This document shows, piece by piece, positions 37,101-47,638 of a DNA stretch of 64,000 nucleotides. The notes below the pieces were generated by a model. That model ran no database searches. It saw nothing but the letters and a program-made list of their open reading frames with translations, and was not told the DNA's origin. Both the position numbers and the translations under genes were made by a program. Every line of letters starts with the position of its first letter. Within the stretch, counting starts at the first letter, position 1. The stretch spans positions 47,671 through 111,670 of the forward strand of contig CAVPXW010000012.1 in NCBI GenBank assembly GCA_963709865.1, in the 5' to 3' direction. This DNA is from an uncultured Acidobacteriota bacterium (GTDB taxonomy: Bacteria > Acidobacteriota > Terriglobia > Terriglobales > Acidobacteriaceae).

Positions 37101-37529
37101 ACGGTGTAGAGCTGATCCTCGAAGTGCATGAAGCTGTTGCCCCAGGAATTGAACAGGATCTTCTTGCCGTCGGGAGTCCAGCCCGCAACGTACTCTTCGG
37201 CGGGATGATAGGTCAGGCGGCGCGGCACGCCACCGGCCGCAGGGAACAACATAGACATCGCGATTGCCGTCGTATTCGCCGGTGAAAGCGATCATCGAGC
37301 CGTCGGGGGAGAAGTGCGGGAAGAACCTCAACGCCGACGCCGGAGGTGAGGCGGTGGGCGTCGCCGCCGTCGCGGCTGACGATCCAGAGATCGCCGGCAT
37401 AGTTGAAGACGATCTGCGTCTTGCTGACGGTGGGAAAACGCAGCAGGAGCGGAGGATCGGACTGGGCGACGGTGGTTTGCAGGAAGAGGTCGAGACGAAG
37501 GCGAACAACAGCAGAAGAAGTTGGCGCAT
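34113..37529 (-). pseudogene. tricorn-protease-like S41 peptidase (PD40 propellers, PDZ, S41 domain), about 5 frame breaks in the N-terminal 800 nt
   Basis: The C-terminal 850 aa are intact in ORF 34113..37529 (IINEMSGSGGDALPWYF...GKQTWGGLVG S41 site). The N-terminal propeller continues across ORFs 37213..37617, 36725..37258 and 36694..37188. Junctions are near 37480, 37325, 37245, 36920 and 36750. Confidence 0.8.
35736..35820. repeat. GTCTTT hexanucleotide microsatellite (encodes (KD)n on the minus strand)
   Basis: (GTCTTT)5 at 35736-35765 and (GTCTTT)3 at 35803-35820. They lie in the tricorn-like gene and encode ...KTDKDKDKDKDKDKKEE... and ...KTKTKT... Confidence 0.85.
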
Positions 37530-37698
37530 GTGGGCTCCAGAAGCCGATCAAATGGAAGGGGAATCTTAGTGTGCGGGGTGGAGCATGGTCAAGACGGGCG
37601 GAGCCGCGTGGTCGCAAAGAGAGTGGCCGGGTGGAATCCAGGGTTCGTGATTCTTGCTTTTGGAGAACCGAAGCGAGCCACGCGCATCTAATGGGACT

Positions 37699-38861
37699 AT
37701 GTCAGCAGTACAGTCCGGCTCCAGTCTTACTCCGCGCGACCTGGTGCGGGCGTGGTGGCGTGTCCTCAACGGTCATGTCCCGATGTTGTCGATTGAGATC
37801 ACGCGAGAGTGTCCCCTGAGCTGTCCTGGTTGCTACGCCTACGGAGACAGTCATCTGGGTGGCGGGACCACGCTGCGCGAGCTCAGCGATTTCCGCGGGG
37901 ACGAACTGGTCGAAGGCGTGCTCGAACTGGTACGCCGTCACAGGCCGATGCACGTATCGCTGGTGGGAGGAGAGCCCATGGTTCGCCATCGCGAACTGGG
38001 ACGAATTCTTCCCGCTCTCAGCGAGATGGGCGTGTTCACGATGGTGGTGACCAGCGGCGTGATTGCGATTCCGGAAGAGCTGGATGGAAATTCCGCGCCT
38101 GCGCGTTGCGGTGTCGGTGGACGGACTCCCCGAGCATCACGACGAGCGCCGCAAGCCGGCGACCTACGAGCGCATCCTCAAGAATGTTGCGGGGCGATCC
38201 ATCAATGTGCATTGGGTGATCACGCGGCCAATGTTGTCGAGGAGTTCTTATCTGGAGGAATACGTTGCGTTCTGGAACGCGCGACCGGAGGTCGATCATA
38301 TCTGGGTGAGCCTGTATAGCCCGCAGATCGGCGAGGAGTGCGCGGAGCGGCTGACACCGCAAGACCGGGAACGCGTGGCGCGGGAGTTGCCGCAGTTGGG
38401 CCGCTCATATCGGAAGTTGCTGCTGCCGGAGGGAATGGGGAGGGCGTTTGTAAGCCGCCGGCAAGCCCGGACGATGCCTGTTCTCCAAGATGTCCATGAA
38501 TTATTCTGCGGACTTGCGGACGCACGTCGAGCCTTGTGTCTTTGGTGGAACTCCGGATTGCAGCCAGTGTGGATGCAGCATCAGCAGCGCGCTGCACTGG
38601 ATTCGGGACGTGAAGATTGCCGGGCCGGTTAAGGTCGGGCACGTGGTCGCGAGCTTCGCTGAGCGTGGGTTCGGCGATGCGGAAACTCCGCGGGGACATC
38701 GACGCGCCCAATCGCTGGGAAGAGGGAGTCCGCTTTGTGGGGGAGAGGACTCCGCTGGTTCAGATTGGCTCTGGGGAAGAGACGCTGTAGAGGACGGCTG
38801 GATTCCTGCTCCGGGCGGGCTTTCGCGGGCGGGGGCGCGCCCGCGCCACATATCCTTATAG
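37699..38861 (+). pseudogene. radical SAM protein with C-terminal Cys cluster, at least 2 frame breaks; 3' end uncertain
   Basis: CPLSCPGCY (CxxxCxxC) and GGEP are in ORF 37654..38319. The reading continues as RLRVAVSVDGLPEHHDERR in ORF 38063..38632, then EPCVFGGTPDCSQCGCSIS in ORF 38490..38861. Junctions are near 38085 and 38455-38490. An alternative frame ends at TAG 38788-38790. Confidence 0.7.
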
Positions 38862-38868
38862 GAGCGGA

Positions 38869-40140
38869 CTAGGTGGACTTGCCTTTGCCCTTGCCGGGAA
38901 GGCTGGCGGGATTTTCGTGGATGCGCTCGCGGAAGTTTCCTCGCATTCCGGCGGCCAGTTTGACGCTGGATTCGCCGAAGCTGTCACGCAGGCGGTCGGC
39001 GGCGGCCATCGCATCTTTCCAGCGCTGCTGGCGGTTGCCCTCGAGCAGATCGATCTGATCGGGCTCGCGACGTGAATGAGGACGCCTGCACGCCCAGCAG
39101 GCGAACGGGCGCCCTTTCTTCCAGTTCTTGCGAAACAGCGCGCGGACCTGCTCGAAAATCTCGGTGTCGAGCTGGGTGGACGCCGCGCAGAGTATGGGCG
39201 CGGGTCAGGGTCGTGAAATCCTTGTAGCGCAGTTTGAGTTGAATGGTGCGCGCGTAAAACTGGGATTCGCGCAGGCGGCGGCCTACCATTTCCGAAAGGC
39301 GCATCAGTGTGGCTTCGAGCTGGCTGAGGTCGGCCGTGTCTTCGTTGTAGGTGTGCTCGTGGCTGATGGATTTGGCGCCGGCGTCGGCTCCGACTTCGGA
39401 GTCGAACCATCCGCCGGCGTCTTCTCCGCGGGCCTTGCCGGCCAGCGCCAGCCCCCATTTTCCGAAGCGATCGCTCAATTCGGATTCGTCGAGACGTGCC
39501 TAAGTCTCCGACTTTCTTGATGCCGAGCGCGTGCAGGTGTTTCTCCATCACTTTGCCGACGCCGGGAATTTCGCGCACGTCGAGCGGCGCCAGAAACTTC
39601 GCTTCTTCGCCGGGAACAATCCAGAGCACGCCGTTGGGCTTGGCCTGCGCCGAGGAAACCTTGGCGATCAGGCGGGAGGTCCCGATGCCTACCGAACAGT
39701 TCAGGCCGGTGTCGGCTTTCATGCGCTGGTGAAGGGCGTGCGCGGCTTTGAGCGGAGGGCCGTGCAGGCGCTCGGTGCCGGTCATGTCCAGATAGGCTTC
39801 GTCGATCGAAGCCATTTCGACTTGGGGCGAGAACGTGCCGAGGACTTTGTGGACTTTCTCTGAGCACTCGCGGTAGCGCTCCGGGTGGCCATTAACGAAG
39901 ATGGCCTGCGGGCACATCTTGGCCGCGGTGCGCAGCGGCATGGCGGAGTGAACGCCAAATCTTGCGGGCCGCATAGGAAGCCGCAGAAACGACGCCGCGC
40001 TCGTCGCGCTGTCCGCCGACTACGACCGCCTTGCCTTTCAGCGTGGGATCAAAAAGTTCTTCCACGGAGACGAAGAAAGCGTCCATGTCGACGTGGAAGA
40101 TGGTGCGGGTGAAAGCGGGCATCGGATCAGGCGCGGCCAT
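38869..40140 (-). pseudogene. dinB: DNA polymerase IV (Y-family), about 5 frame breaks
   Basis: [15 protein letters not shown] is in ORF 39892..40140. SIDEAYLDMTG and the palm/fingers are in ORF 38856..39974. The little-finger domain is in ORF 38984..39478 and a third frame ending ...HENPASLPGKGKGKST (stop 38869-38871). Junctions are near 39965, 39490, 39185, 39110 and 39065. Confidence 0.85.
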
Positions 40141-40427
40141 GCTTCAGCGGATTGTAGCAGTCCGGCGAGCGTAAAGTTTTTCGTACAAAAGGTGGAATGA
40201 TCCGACCACTAAATTGCAATAATTTTTTTATACTAGTCTGCGATTTCTTCTAGTGTGCAATCCTGTTTCGGGACTATAAGGGGGGCATACGTGGAGGTGA
40301 ATGGTCCGCTCCCAGGCGGACACGAGCCTGCACGAAGACCGCACGGCGGGCTGCTTGGGCCGTCGCCTCCGGTTCTCCCCCGCTTCGCGTTGCAGGCTTG
40401 GGATCGCGCCTCCCAAGGGATCCCTGT

Positions 40428-41795
40428 ATGCGCAAGAGTCTCCTTTTTATTTTGATCCTATCCTTTACTACTACCATTGGGCTGATGGGCTGCGGCGGGA
40501 GCGGCAACAGTATCAGCGGAACCAAGGATCGGCCCAGCATCAGCATCTCACCCATGAACCCCAACGTTCTGGTGGGCCAGAGCATGCAATTCACCGCGAA
40601 CATCCAGAACCTTAGCGACACCCGCGTTGCGTGGTCCATCCAGGAAGAGAACGGCGGAATAATCGCATCGACCGACACGGGCGGAATCTACACCGCGCCG
40701 TGGCCAACGGGAATCTACCATGTGGTCGCGACGGCGGTCGCTGATGCCAACCTCACGACGAACACAATGGTCTCCGTCACAGCCAAGTTCGCATTCATCG
40801 AGGAACTTCCGGGCGGCGACGCGATCCCATTCTCGATGACGCCGATGCTTGGTACGGTCGGCACTGACGGGAACGTCGGCATTAGCGGAATCATCGATCA
40901 GGGCACGGGCAACCCTGTGTCGGTAGCGATGGAGTCGTTGACTCTGTCGAACGACGGCACGAAGGGGACGTTCAACCTGGTGACGCCAGACCATACCTAT
41001 GACGTCTACATCGCGAACGCCGATGGGACGGGGAGTCCAACTCAATTGACGCAGGACGGCGATTCCTGGTGGCCGCAGTTCTCCTCGGACGGCAAGCAAA
41101 TCCTCTACATGAGGAACGTGAACAACTGGAGCAGCATCTGGATGATGAATGCCGACGGCTCCAATCAGCACGAGGTGTTCTCGGGTGAGGCGTGGGGTGC
41201 TGATCCATACTCCGCGACGCTTTCCCCAGACGGCACAATGATCGCGGCGGAACTTGATTGGGCGCCGAACGGAGTGTGGCAAGACGGAATCGCGATCATG
41301 GCCGCGGACGGGACTAACCCTACTCCGCTGACTGGCTCTAGTATCGCCTGCATGGGATATGACGAAATGCCGGCGTTCAGCAATGATGGCACGAAGATCA
41401 TGTTTAGCCGCTGGTGCGGCGAACAAAACGGTAACTCGTCGATGTACACCATTAACACGGACGGAACGGGATTGACTCTACTCGGAACTGCCGCTCTCGA
41501 CGGGATATGGAATTACAATCCCCTTCCCGTGGGCGACAGAATCGTGTTCCAGTCTAATCAGGCCGCCCCGAACACTGCCGCCTTCGAAATCTACACCATG
41601 AAGGCAGACGGAAGCGCGGTCGTCAAACTCACCAACAATACAGTCTTCGATGGCTTCGACCTATGGTGGTGGGCAGGCCCGAGTTCGGCAAATGCGCAGC
41701 GGACTTTGCAGTCTTCGCGCACCGGCAAGTCGGCTTTACATGGAACCGCCGCAAGGGCGGAGAAGATCAAGAGACTCCAACAGCACCGCAAGTAG
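40428..41795 (+). CDS. lipoprotein with Ig-like (Big_2-type) domain and PD40 beta-propeller repeats
   Basis: The ATG 40428 start gives MRKSLLFILILSFTTTIGLMGC|GGSG (lipobox). Ig-like segment ISISPMNPNVLVGQSMQFTANIQN...VSVT. PD40 blades FSSDGKQILY, LSPDGTMIAA, FSNDGTKIMF. Confidence 0.75.
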   Translation: MRKSLLFILILSFTTTIGLMGCGGSGNSISGTKDRPSISISPMNPNVLVGQSMQFTANIQNLSDTRVAWSIQEENGGIIASTDTGGIYTAPWPTGIYHVVATAVADANLTTNTMVSVTAKFAFIEELPGGDAIPFSMTPMLGTVGTDGNVGISGIIDQGTGNPVSVAMESLTLSNDGTKGTFNLVTPDHTYDVYIANADGTGSPTQLTQDGDSWWPQFSSDGKQILYMRNVNNWSSIWMMNADGSNQHEVFSGEAWGADPYSATLSPDGTMIAAELDWAPNGVWQDGIAIMAADGTNPTPLTGSSIACMGYDEMPAFSNDGTKIMFSRWCGEQNGNSSMYTINTDGTGLTLLGTAALDGIWNYNPLPVGDRIVFQSNQAAPNTAAFEIYTMKADGSAVVKLTNNTVFDGFDLWWWAGPSSANAQRTLQSSRTGKSALHGTAARAEKIKRLQQHRK

Positions 41796-41802
41796 CAACA
41801 AG

Positions 41803-41830
41803 ATGCCGCGCTCCGGCCTGAGCGCGGCAT
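41803..41830. terminator. bidirectional terminator hairpin between convergent genes
   Basis: Perfect 10-bp stem ATGCCGCGCT-CCGGCCTG-AGCGCGGCAT, flanked by T-rich sequence on the plus side (TGTTCTTCG). Confidence 0.6.
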
Positions 41831-41847
41831 TGTTCTTCGTGGGTTGC

Positions 41848-43326
41848 TTAGACCAATACTTTTTCGGTCACCGGCGCTGCGTGCGCTTGCCGCACCCGCT
41901 CGTAGATCTTGCCGTACTCGCGGGCCGAGGCGTTCCAGGAAAAATCCTTGTTCATGCCGTTGCGCATGAGCGTCTGCCAGGAGTGTCTGGTCGCGATAGG
42001 CCGTCAGCGCCTGCTTGATGGTCGAGCAGGAGCGACTCGCCGTTGTATTCGGTGAACTTGAAGCCAGTTCCCTTCCCGGTGCGCGCGTCCCAGGGCTCGA
42101 TGGTGTCGTCGAGGCCGCCGGTGGCGCGCACGATGGGCACGGTGCCGTATTTCAGGCTGTAGATCTGGTTCAGGCCGCAAGGCTCGTAGCGCGACGGCAT
42201 CAGGAACATGTCGGCGCCGGCTTCGATCTTGTGCGCGATGGCGTTGTCGTAGGCGACCTTGACCGCAATCTTGTTGGGGAACTGCTTGTTGAGGCGCAGG
42301 AACATTTCTTCGTAGGTCTTGTCGCCGGCGCCGAGAGCGACCACGATCATCTCTTCGCGCGCCAGCCGGTCCGCGATCTGCGCGATCAGGTCAAAGCCTT
42401 TCTGCGCGGCGAAGCGGGAGACGATTCCGATCACCGGCAGTTTCGGGTCGGCGTTCTTGACCCCGAATGCCGCCAGCAAATCTTGTTTGCACTTGGCTTT
42501 GCCGCGAGAGGTCCTGCGGCGAATACTTCGCGGCGATGAACTTGTCGGTTTGCGGACTCCACTCGTCGTAATCGACGCCGTTGAGAATCCCGGTCACGGT
42601 CGCGGCGCGGTCGCGCAGCACGCCTTCCAGGCCGAACCCGTACTCGGCCGTCTGAATCTCCTGGCTGTACTTGCGGCTGACCGTGGTGATGAAGTCGGAA
42701 TAAGTCAACGCGCCTTTCAGGAAGTTCACCTGGCCGAAGAATTCCATCTTCGACATGGTGAACAGATCCCAAGGCAGCATGAGCAGCGGAAGCGTGTCGG
42801 GCGGGAACAATCCCTGGTAGCCCATGTTGTGAATGGTGAAGACCGTGCCCACGTCGCGGAAGGCAGGGTCCTCAGCGTAGATGGTGCGCAGCAGAACCGG
42901 CACCAGGGCCGATTGCCAGTCGTGACAATGAAAAATGTCCGGGACGCCGAGGATCTTCGACGCCTCCAGCACGGCGCGCGAGAACAAGGCGAAGCGCTCG
43001 GCGTTGTCGGGATAGTCCCCGGCGGGCGTGCCGTAGAGAGCCTCGCGGTCGAAGTAGGGGGGATATTCGACGAAATAGAACTTTACCCCGCCTTGACTGC
43101 CGCCACTCACGACCGAAGCAAAGCGGTACTGGTCGTCGAAGGGAACGGTAATGCTGCGAACCGCGGTCGTGGGGTCGCTAAGCTTGGTCTGGCGATAGCG
43201 CGGCAGGTAGACGCTGACTTGATGGCCCAACGCGGCCAGGGCGCGGGGCAGGGCGCCGACCACGTCGGCCAAGCCGCCGGTCTTGGAGAATGGAACACCT
43301 TCAGAAGCGGCGAATGCGATGTTCAT
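41848..43326 (-). pseudogene. glgA: glycogen synthase (GT5), 3 frame breaks
   Basis: MNIAFAASEGVPFSKTGGLADVVGALP is in ORF 42391..43353. The C-terminal Rossmann half (MPSRYEPCGLNQIYSLKYGTVPIVRATGGLDDT) is in ORF 41952..42479. The tail WQTLMRNGMNKDFSWNASAREYGKIYERV is in a third frame ending TAA 41848-41850. Junctions are near 42485, 42015 and 41975. Confidence 0.85.
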
Positions 43327-43451
43327 GAGTGCGGAACCTCCAGAAGCGCGCACAGTTGCTGCGGCGCACGCTATTATGAATGTGCCTCGGGGCCTGAGGG
43401 TCCAGCAACCAAGGATGCGAGGACCGACTTCAAAGTCTACTTCTCGAGGCA

Positions 43452-44327
43452 GTGAGGGTCAACGTGCCAAAGGTCGTATCTGCCCGCCGTCCGCAAACCA
43501 AGCCTAAAATGGGACAGCATTTTCTGGCCAGCGAAGACCTCGCCGCGCGTGTGGTTGAGGCTTTGGGGGACGTGTCGCAGAGCACGGTGCTGGAAATCGG
43601 CCCCGGGCGTGGAATCATGACGAGTCTGCTGGCTCGGCGTGCGCGGCGTCTGATCGCGGTAGAACTCGATCGCGTGCTGGCGGCGCAGCTACGGCTGAAG
43701 TTTGGCATGACGCGGAACGTAGAGATTATCGAGGCCGACGTTTTGGCCATCGACTTCGATTCCCTGTTCGGGCCGAAACCGGGGCTGAGCCGCCCGGGCA
43801 TCGAGCTCAAGCCGCAGCCGGTGAAGGTTGTGGGCAATCTTCCTTATTACATTACGTCCGACATTCTGCTGCGGCTGTTTGAGTTTTCGAAATACTTCGA
43901 CAGCATCGTGATCATGGTGCAGCGGGAGGTGGCGGACCGGATCGCGGCGGAGCCGGGCGGCCGTGATTATGGCATGCTCTCGGCCACGGCGCAGTTGTAT
44001 GGCCGCGTGGAAAAGCTGTTCACCCTGCCGCCGGGGGCGTTTGTGCCTCCACCCAAAGTGCATTCCACGGTGCTGCGGTTGACCATCGACCCGCAGCAGG
44101 AAAAGCTGGGAGTGGCTGGAGACGGATTCATCGATTTCCTGCGGCTGTCGTTTGGGCAGAAGCGGAAAACTCTGTGGAACAACCTGAAAGCGAAGTACCC
44201 GGGAGCGGAGTTGAAGCGCGCCCTGGCGGAAGCCAAGGTGAAAGCCACGGCGCGGGCCGAGACGCTGAGCCTGGAGGAAAGCGCGGCGCTATATCGCGCC
44301 TTGCGCAAGGCACAGAACGAGCCGTAG
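43452..44327 (+). CDS. rsmA: 16S rRNA (adenine1518/1519-N6)-dimethyltransferase
   Basis: MGQHFL, VLEIGPGRGIMTSLL (SAM motif), VVGNLPYYITS. The start could be GTG 43452/43464 or ATG 43509. Confidence 0.85.
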   Translation: MRVNVPKVVSARRPQTKPKMGQHFLASEDLAARVVEALGDVSQSTVLEIGPGRGIMTSLLARRARRLIAVELDRVLAAQLRLKFGMTRNVEIIEADVLAIDFDSLFGPKPGLSRPGIELKPQPVKVVGNLPYYITSDILLRLFEFSKYFDSIVIMVQREVADRIAAEPGGRDYGMLSATAQLYGRVEKLFTLPPGAFVPPPKVHSTVLRLTIDPQQEKLGVAGDGFIDFLRLSFGQKRKTLWNNLKAKYPGAELKRALAEAKVKATARAETLSLEESAALYRALRKAQNEP

Positions 44328-44365
44328 CATTACCTTGTCGGTCCCACCGTGGGCGAGGAGGGGCT

Positions 44366-45194
44366 ATGGCTACCACCATCCTGCGTCATCCCGCAGTCGC
44401 GGGGCGCTTCTATCCTGGCGATGCTGACGACCTGCGCGCCGAAGCGCGCGGCTATCTCTCCCCAGCGACCTCCACCAATCAGGCTCCGGTGCGCGCTTTG
44501 GGATGCATCGCTCCGCATGCGGGATACATGTACTCCGGGCATGTGGCGGGCGCCGTGTTTGCGCGCGTGGAAGTGCCCCAGCGCTGCATCGTGATATGTC
44601 CGAACCATACGGGGAAGGGCCACGCGCTGGCGATTATGAGTGAAGGCGCGTGGGAAACGCCGCTGGGCGACGTCCCGATCGATACCGAACTGGCCGGACG
44701 CGTTGAAGGCGCGATTCTCTGCGTTGCAGGAAGATTCGGCCGCGCACCGCGCCGAACATGCTGCCGAAGTGGAGCTTCCATTTCTATTGCTGCGCCAGCC
44801 GGAGCTCAGCTTCGTGCCCATCGCCCTGGGGACCGGACAATTCGAAATTCTGGAACAAGTCGGCAAGGCTTTGGCCGATGTGATCGCAGCTCAGAAAGAT
44901 CCCATCCTGATAGTCGCTTCGAGCGACATGAATCATTACGAGTCCGACACGGTGACGCGCGTAAAGGATCACCGGGCGATTGAACGAATTCTTACCCTGG
45001 ACCCGCGGGGGCTGTTCGACGTGGTCACCCAGCAAAACATCAGCATGTGTGGATTTGGGCCGGCGGTGGCGATGCTGACGGCGGCGCGACAGCTGGGGGC
45101 GAAGTCTGCCGAACTGGTGAAGTACGCGACCTCGGGGGATATTTCGGGGGATCGGGACATGGTGGTGGGGTATGCGGGGGTCGTGGTGGTTTGA
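44366..45194 (+). pseudogene. amrB: MEMO1-family protein (AmmeMemoRadiSam system protein B), one frame break near 44705
   Basis: ATG 44366 lies behind GAGGAGGGG. AGRFYPGD and APHAGYMYSG are in ORF 44174..44983. EHAAEVELPFL...SSDMNHY...CGFGP...GDRDMVVGYAGV is in ORF 44640..45194. Confidence 0.75.
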
Positions 45195-45370
45195 TCGGCA
45201 TCTGTGGTCTGGCCGCCGGGCTTCGCGTCGGCGGGACAGCCGAGAGCCTGCCCTGAGCGCAGTCGAAGGGCGGCTGTCTCTACATGAGCAAGCGCCCGCC
45301 ATCGCGAGGGCAAGGTGCCCTCGCGACAGCCGGCAAGATGCCGGCGCTACTTTTGCCGGCGCTACGTCTT
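45195..45370. repeat. dispersed repeat family B, composite copy
   Basis: Contains CCCTGAGCGCAGTCGAAGGGCGGCTGTCTCTACATGAGC (45251-45289) and GACAGCCGGCAAGATGCCGGCGCTAC (45325-45350). GCCGGCGCTAC occurs as a direct repeat at 45340 and 45356. Confidence 0.55.
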
Positions 45371-45450
45371 AGTGACGCGAGCCGCTGGAAGAATGCCCGG
45401 ACGACGGGCTGCTGGCATGGCCCATCGACGACGATGGAGACGCCATCGTG

Positions 45451-46679
45451 CTACGCGGCGCGCTGTATCCCGAATTTCTCACCGAACTGGTGGAGAACTG
45501 CGGGGCCGGTCGCACCTGAGCGAATCCGGTCCTGGCAACCTGGTGGTTCAATTGGTGGAGGTTCCCGAGCAGAACCACGGGGAATTCCCATCCCGGCTGA
45601 GCCGGCATTGACCACTAAGCGCGATGGCAGCATCGTTCCGACCGTTGCAGCCCTCCCGACTAAAACCGTCTTCACCGTCCCCGCCACAGGCACAACCGGT
45701 GGGTGGAAATTGGTGGGCAACGTTCCCGCGTAGCGCGGTACGGTGACCCAGGTATTGAATCCTCCCGGCTGCCACATCCAGCCCATGCCCGGAACAAACA
45801 TCCAGTTTCCGTAGCGGTAGGGCATCCATCCCCAGGGATACGCCGACGCAAACATGTAACCGTAGCCGGGATACCAGGACCAGGCGCCATCCATGAACGG
45901 ATCCCAACCGACACCGGTAAAGTAGGGCTGCCACATCATCCCGTAGCCGGGGACGTTGGAGTACGCGCCGTAGTAATTCAAGTCGCTCACACCATAGCCG
46001 TAGGGAGTCGAATTATTCTTGGCGTACTGCTCGTGGTAGGAGCTGGCTTCTTTGTCCCAGGAATCAAGGGGAGCATCTTCGACGTTGTTGGCGAGGGTGT
46101 ACTTGTCGTCATCGGCCCCGTCGAAGTTCGCAGTTTTCTTTTTCTCGACCGTGACCTTGCCGGCGGCACCGTCTACATCGACATTGCCTTTGAAGACGGC
46201 CAGATTGGAGGACTGAGGAGAGGCTTGCACGCGGAAGTGGGCGGCGTGGGTGAGGGCGATTTTTTCGCGGGAGAAATTCAGGCTGAATTCGTCACCGCTC
46301 TTGCCCAGCCAGTTGACGTAGGCCATGCCATCGACCAGATTGATCACCGAAATGCGCTTGCCCGAATCGTTGAGGCTGAGCGTGCTGAACTCCACGGTGG
46401 TGTTGGGAGTCAGGCGCAGCGTGCTGCCGTCTTCAAACTCGATTTCGGCGCGGCCGCGGTCGAGGGTCTTGACCTGCGTCCCCTGGGTAATGGGCAGGTT
46501 GAGGAACGCGCTTTCAAATCCCATGCCCGTGTTTTTGTCGATCTGGACCGAACCCTTGAACGTCGCTCAGGCGCACGATGCGCGCCTGCGAATCGGCCAG
46601 AGCGGGCAGCGTCAAAAGCGCGCAGGCAACGACTCGACAGAACAACCAAGCCGAATTCGGACCGAGATAGCTTGAACAT
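45451..46679 (-). pseudogene. FecR-domain protein with Trp/Tyr/Gly/Met/Pro-rich C-terminal region; N-terminal frame breaks, ends uncertain
   Basis: The FecR-like beta-rich segment (RAEIEFEDGSTLRLTPNTTVEF) is in ORF 45451..46524. The likely signal peptide (FCRVVACALLTLPALA) and IVRLSDVQG lie in two other frames upstream (ORFs 46514..46789 and 46410..46679). Confidence 0.55.
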
Positions 46680-46902
46680 GGCAGCCCCCGAAGATCTTCC
46701 TTAGTTATTAGAACACGGTTTAGAGGCGGGAGTTGTAAAACTTGGTGGCCCGGGGTACGTCGGCCAGTCGGCCTAGGACCGCCGGCCAAGGGCCTCCGCG
46801 AAAGTGGCCATCAGGGCATGTCAAGATTCCTGGACGGGTCAGCGTCCGGCCACCGGGCCGGAGCCCATTTCCATGATCCGCTGCGCCCGCGCCCGTACTA
46901 CG

Positions 46903-47554
46903 TTAATCACCGCAGCTATCGTCGTAAATCTCCTGCAGCACCGGCTTTACGGTCTGCAGTTCCATGAGTTCCCCGCGCCGGGCCTGATCTTCCATGCGCT
47001 TCAACTCGTCGTCGAGGGCAAGCTTCTGGTAGCGATGGTAGTGGGCGAGGCGCCGGCCGAACTCCAGGGTGGCGCTCACGCTCTGAAATAAGGTCGTCAG
47101 CTGCTGGACCGGCAGGCAGCGAGGAGAAATTGTAGGCCGCCGCGGTTTCCCGCTGGCCGTCTTTGTAGACCAGTTTCTTGGCCCCGGTAAACGCCAGTTT
47201 GTGATTGCCGGAATCGACCTTGCCGGAAAAATAATGGGCTTGCGTGGCCAGCTCGAAAATCCGGGCGCGGGTGGCTTCCGAGAAGACGAAGTCGGTCTGG
47301 TAGGTCTCGCGGTCGTCGGAGTCGGAAGAGATCTTCGCCGAGCATTCGTAGCGGGCGTGGCCGTCGGACTGCACGACGATGGAATAGTGCTCGGGATCCG
47401 AGTTGGGAAAGTCGAGCGAGAAAGTGATGGTGGCGGGCTCGGCAGCGCGAGTGGGGAGACTCAAGAGCAGGACGAGGCCCGCGACGACGGCGAGCGACGC
47501 GCGGTCAAACTGGCAACGCCGCGCACGCGATTTTTCCTTCCCCGCTCCGATCAT
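46903..47554 (-). pseudogene. secreted hypothetical protein, one frame break near 47100
   Basis: Signal anchor LAVVAGLVLLLSLPTRAAEP is in ORF 46916..47554. The C-terminal helices QQLTTLFQSVSATLEFGRRLAHYHRYQKLALDDELKRMEDQ...LQEIYDDSCGD read in another frame, ending TAA 46903-46905. Confidence 0.5.
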
Positions 47555-47638
47555 CGGTCCTCAGAGCTTCGTTCTCGTAGTGAACTCACACTCAGACTGC
47601 AACACGCAATTATGCCAAAAGTGGATGCCTGTGAAAGT

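Noticed and set aside
37530-37698. A RiPP precursor peptide next to the radical SAM gene.
   Set aside because: No short ORF with a plausible RBS lies in the 170-nt upstream gap, and the downstream side runs straight into the convergent dinB.
37699-45194. A complete AmmeMemoRadiSam system formed by the radical SAM gene (37699..38861) and amrB (44366..45194).
   Set aside because: The genes are about 5.5 kb apart with dinB, a lipoprotein gene, glgA and rsmA between them. No AMMECR1-like gene is present, and the radical SAM protein has a different architecture with a C-terminal Cys cluster.
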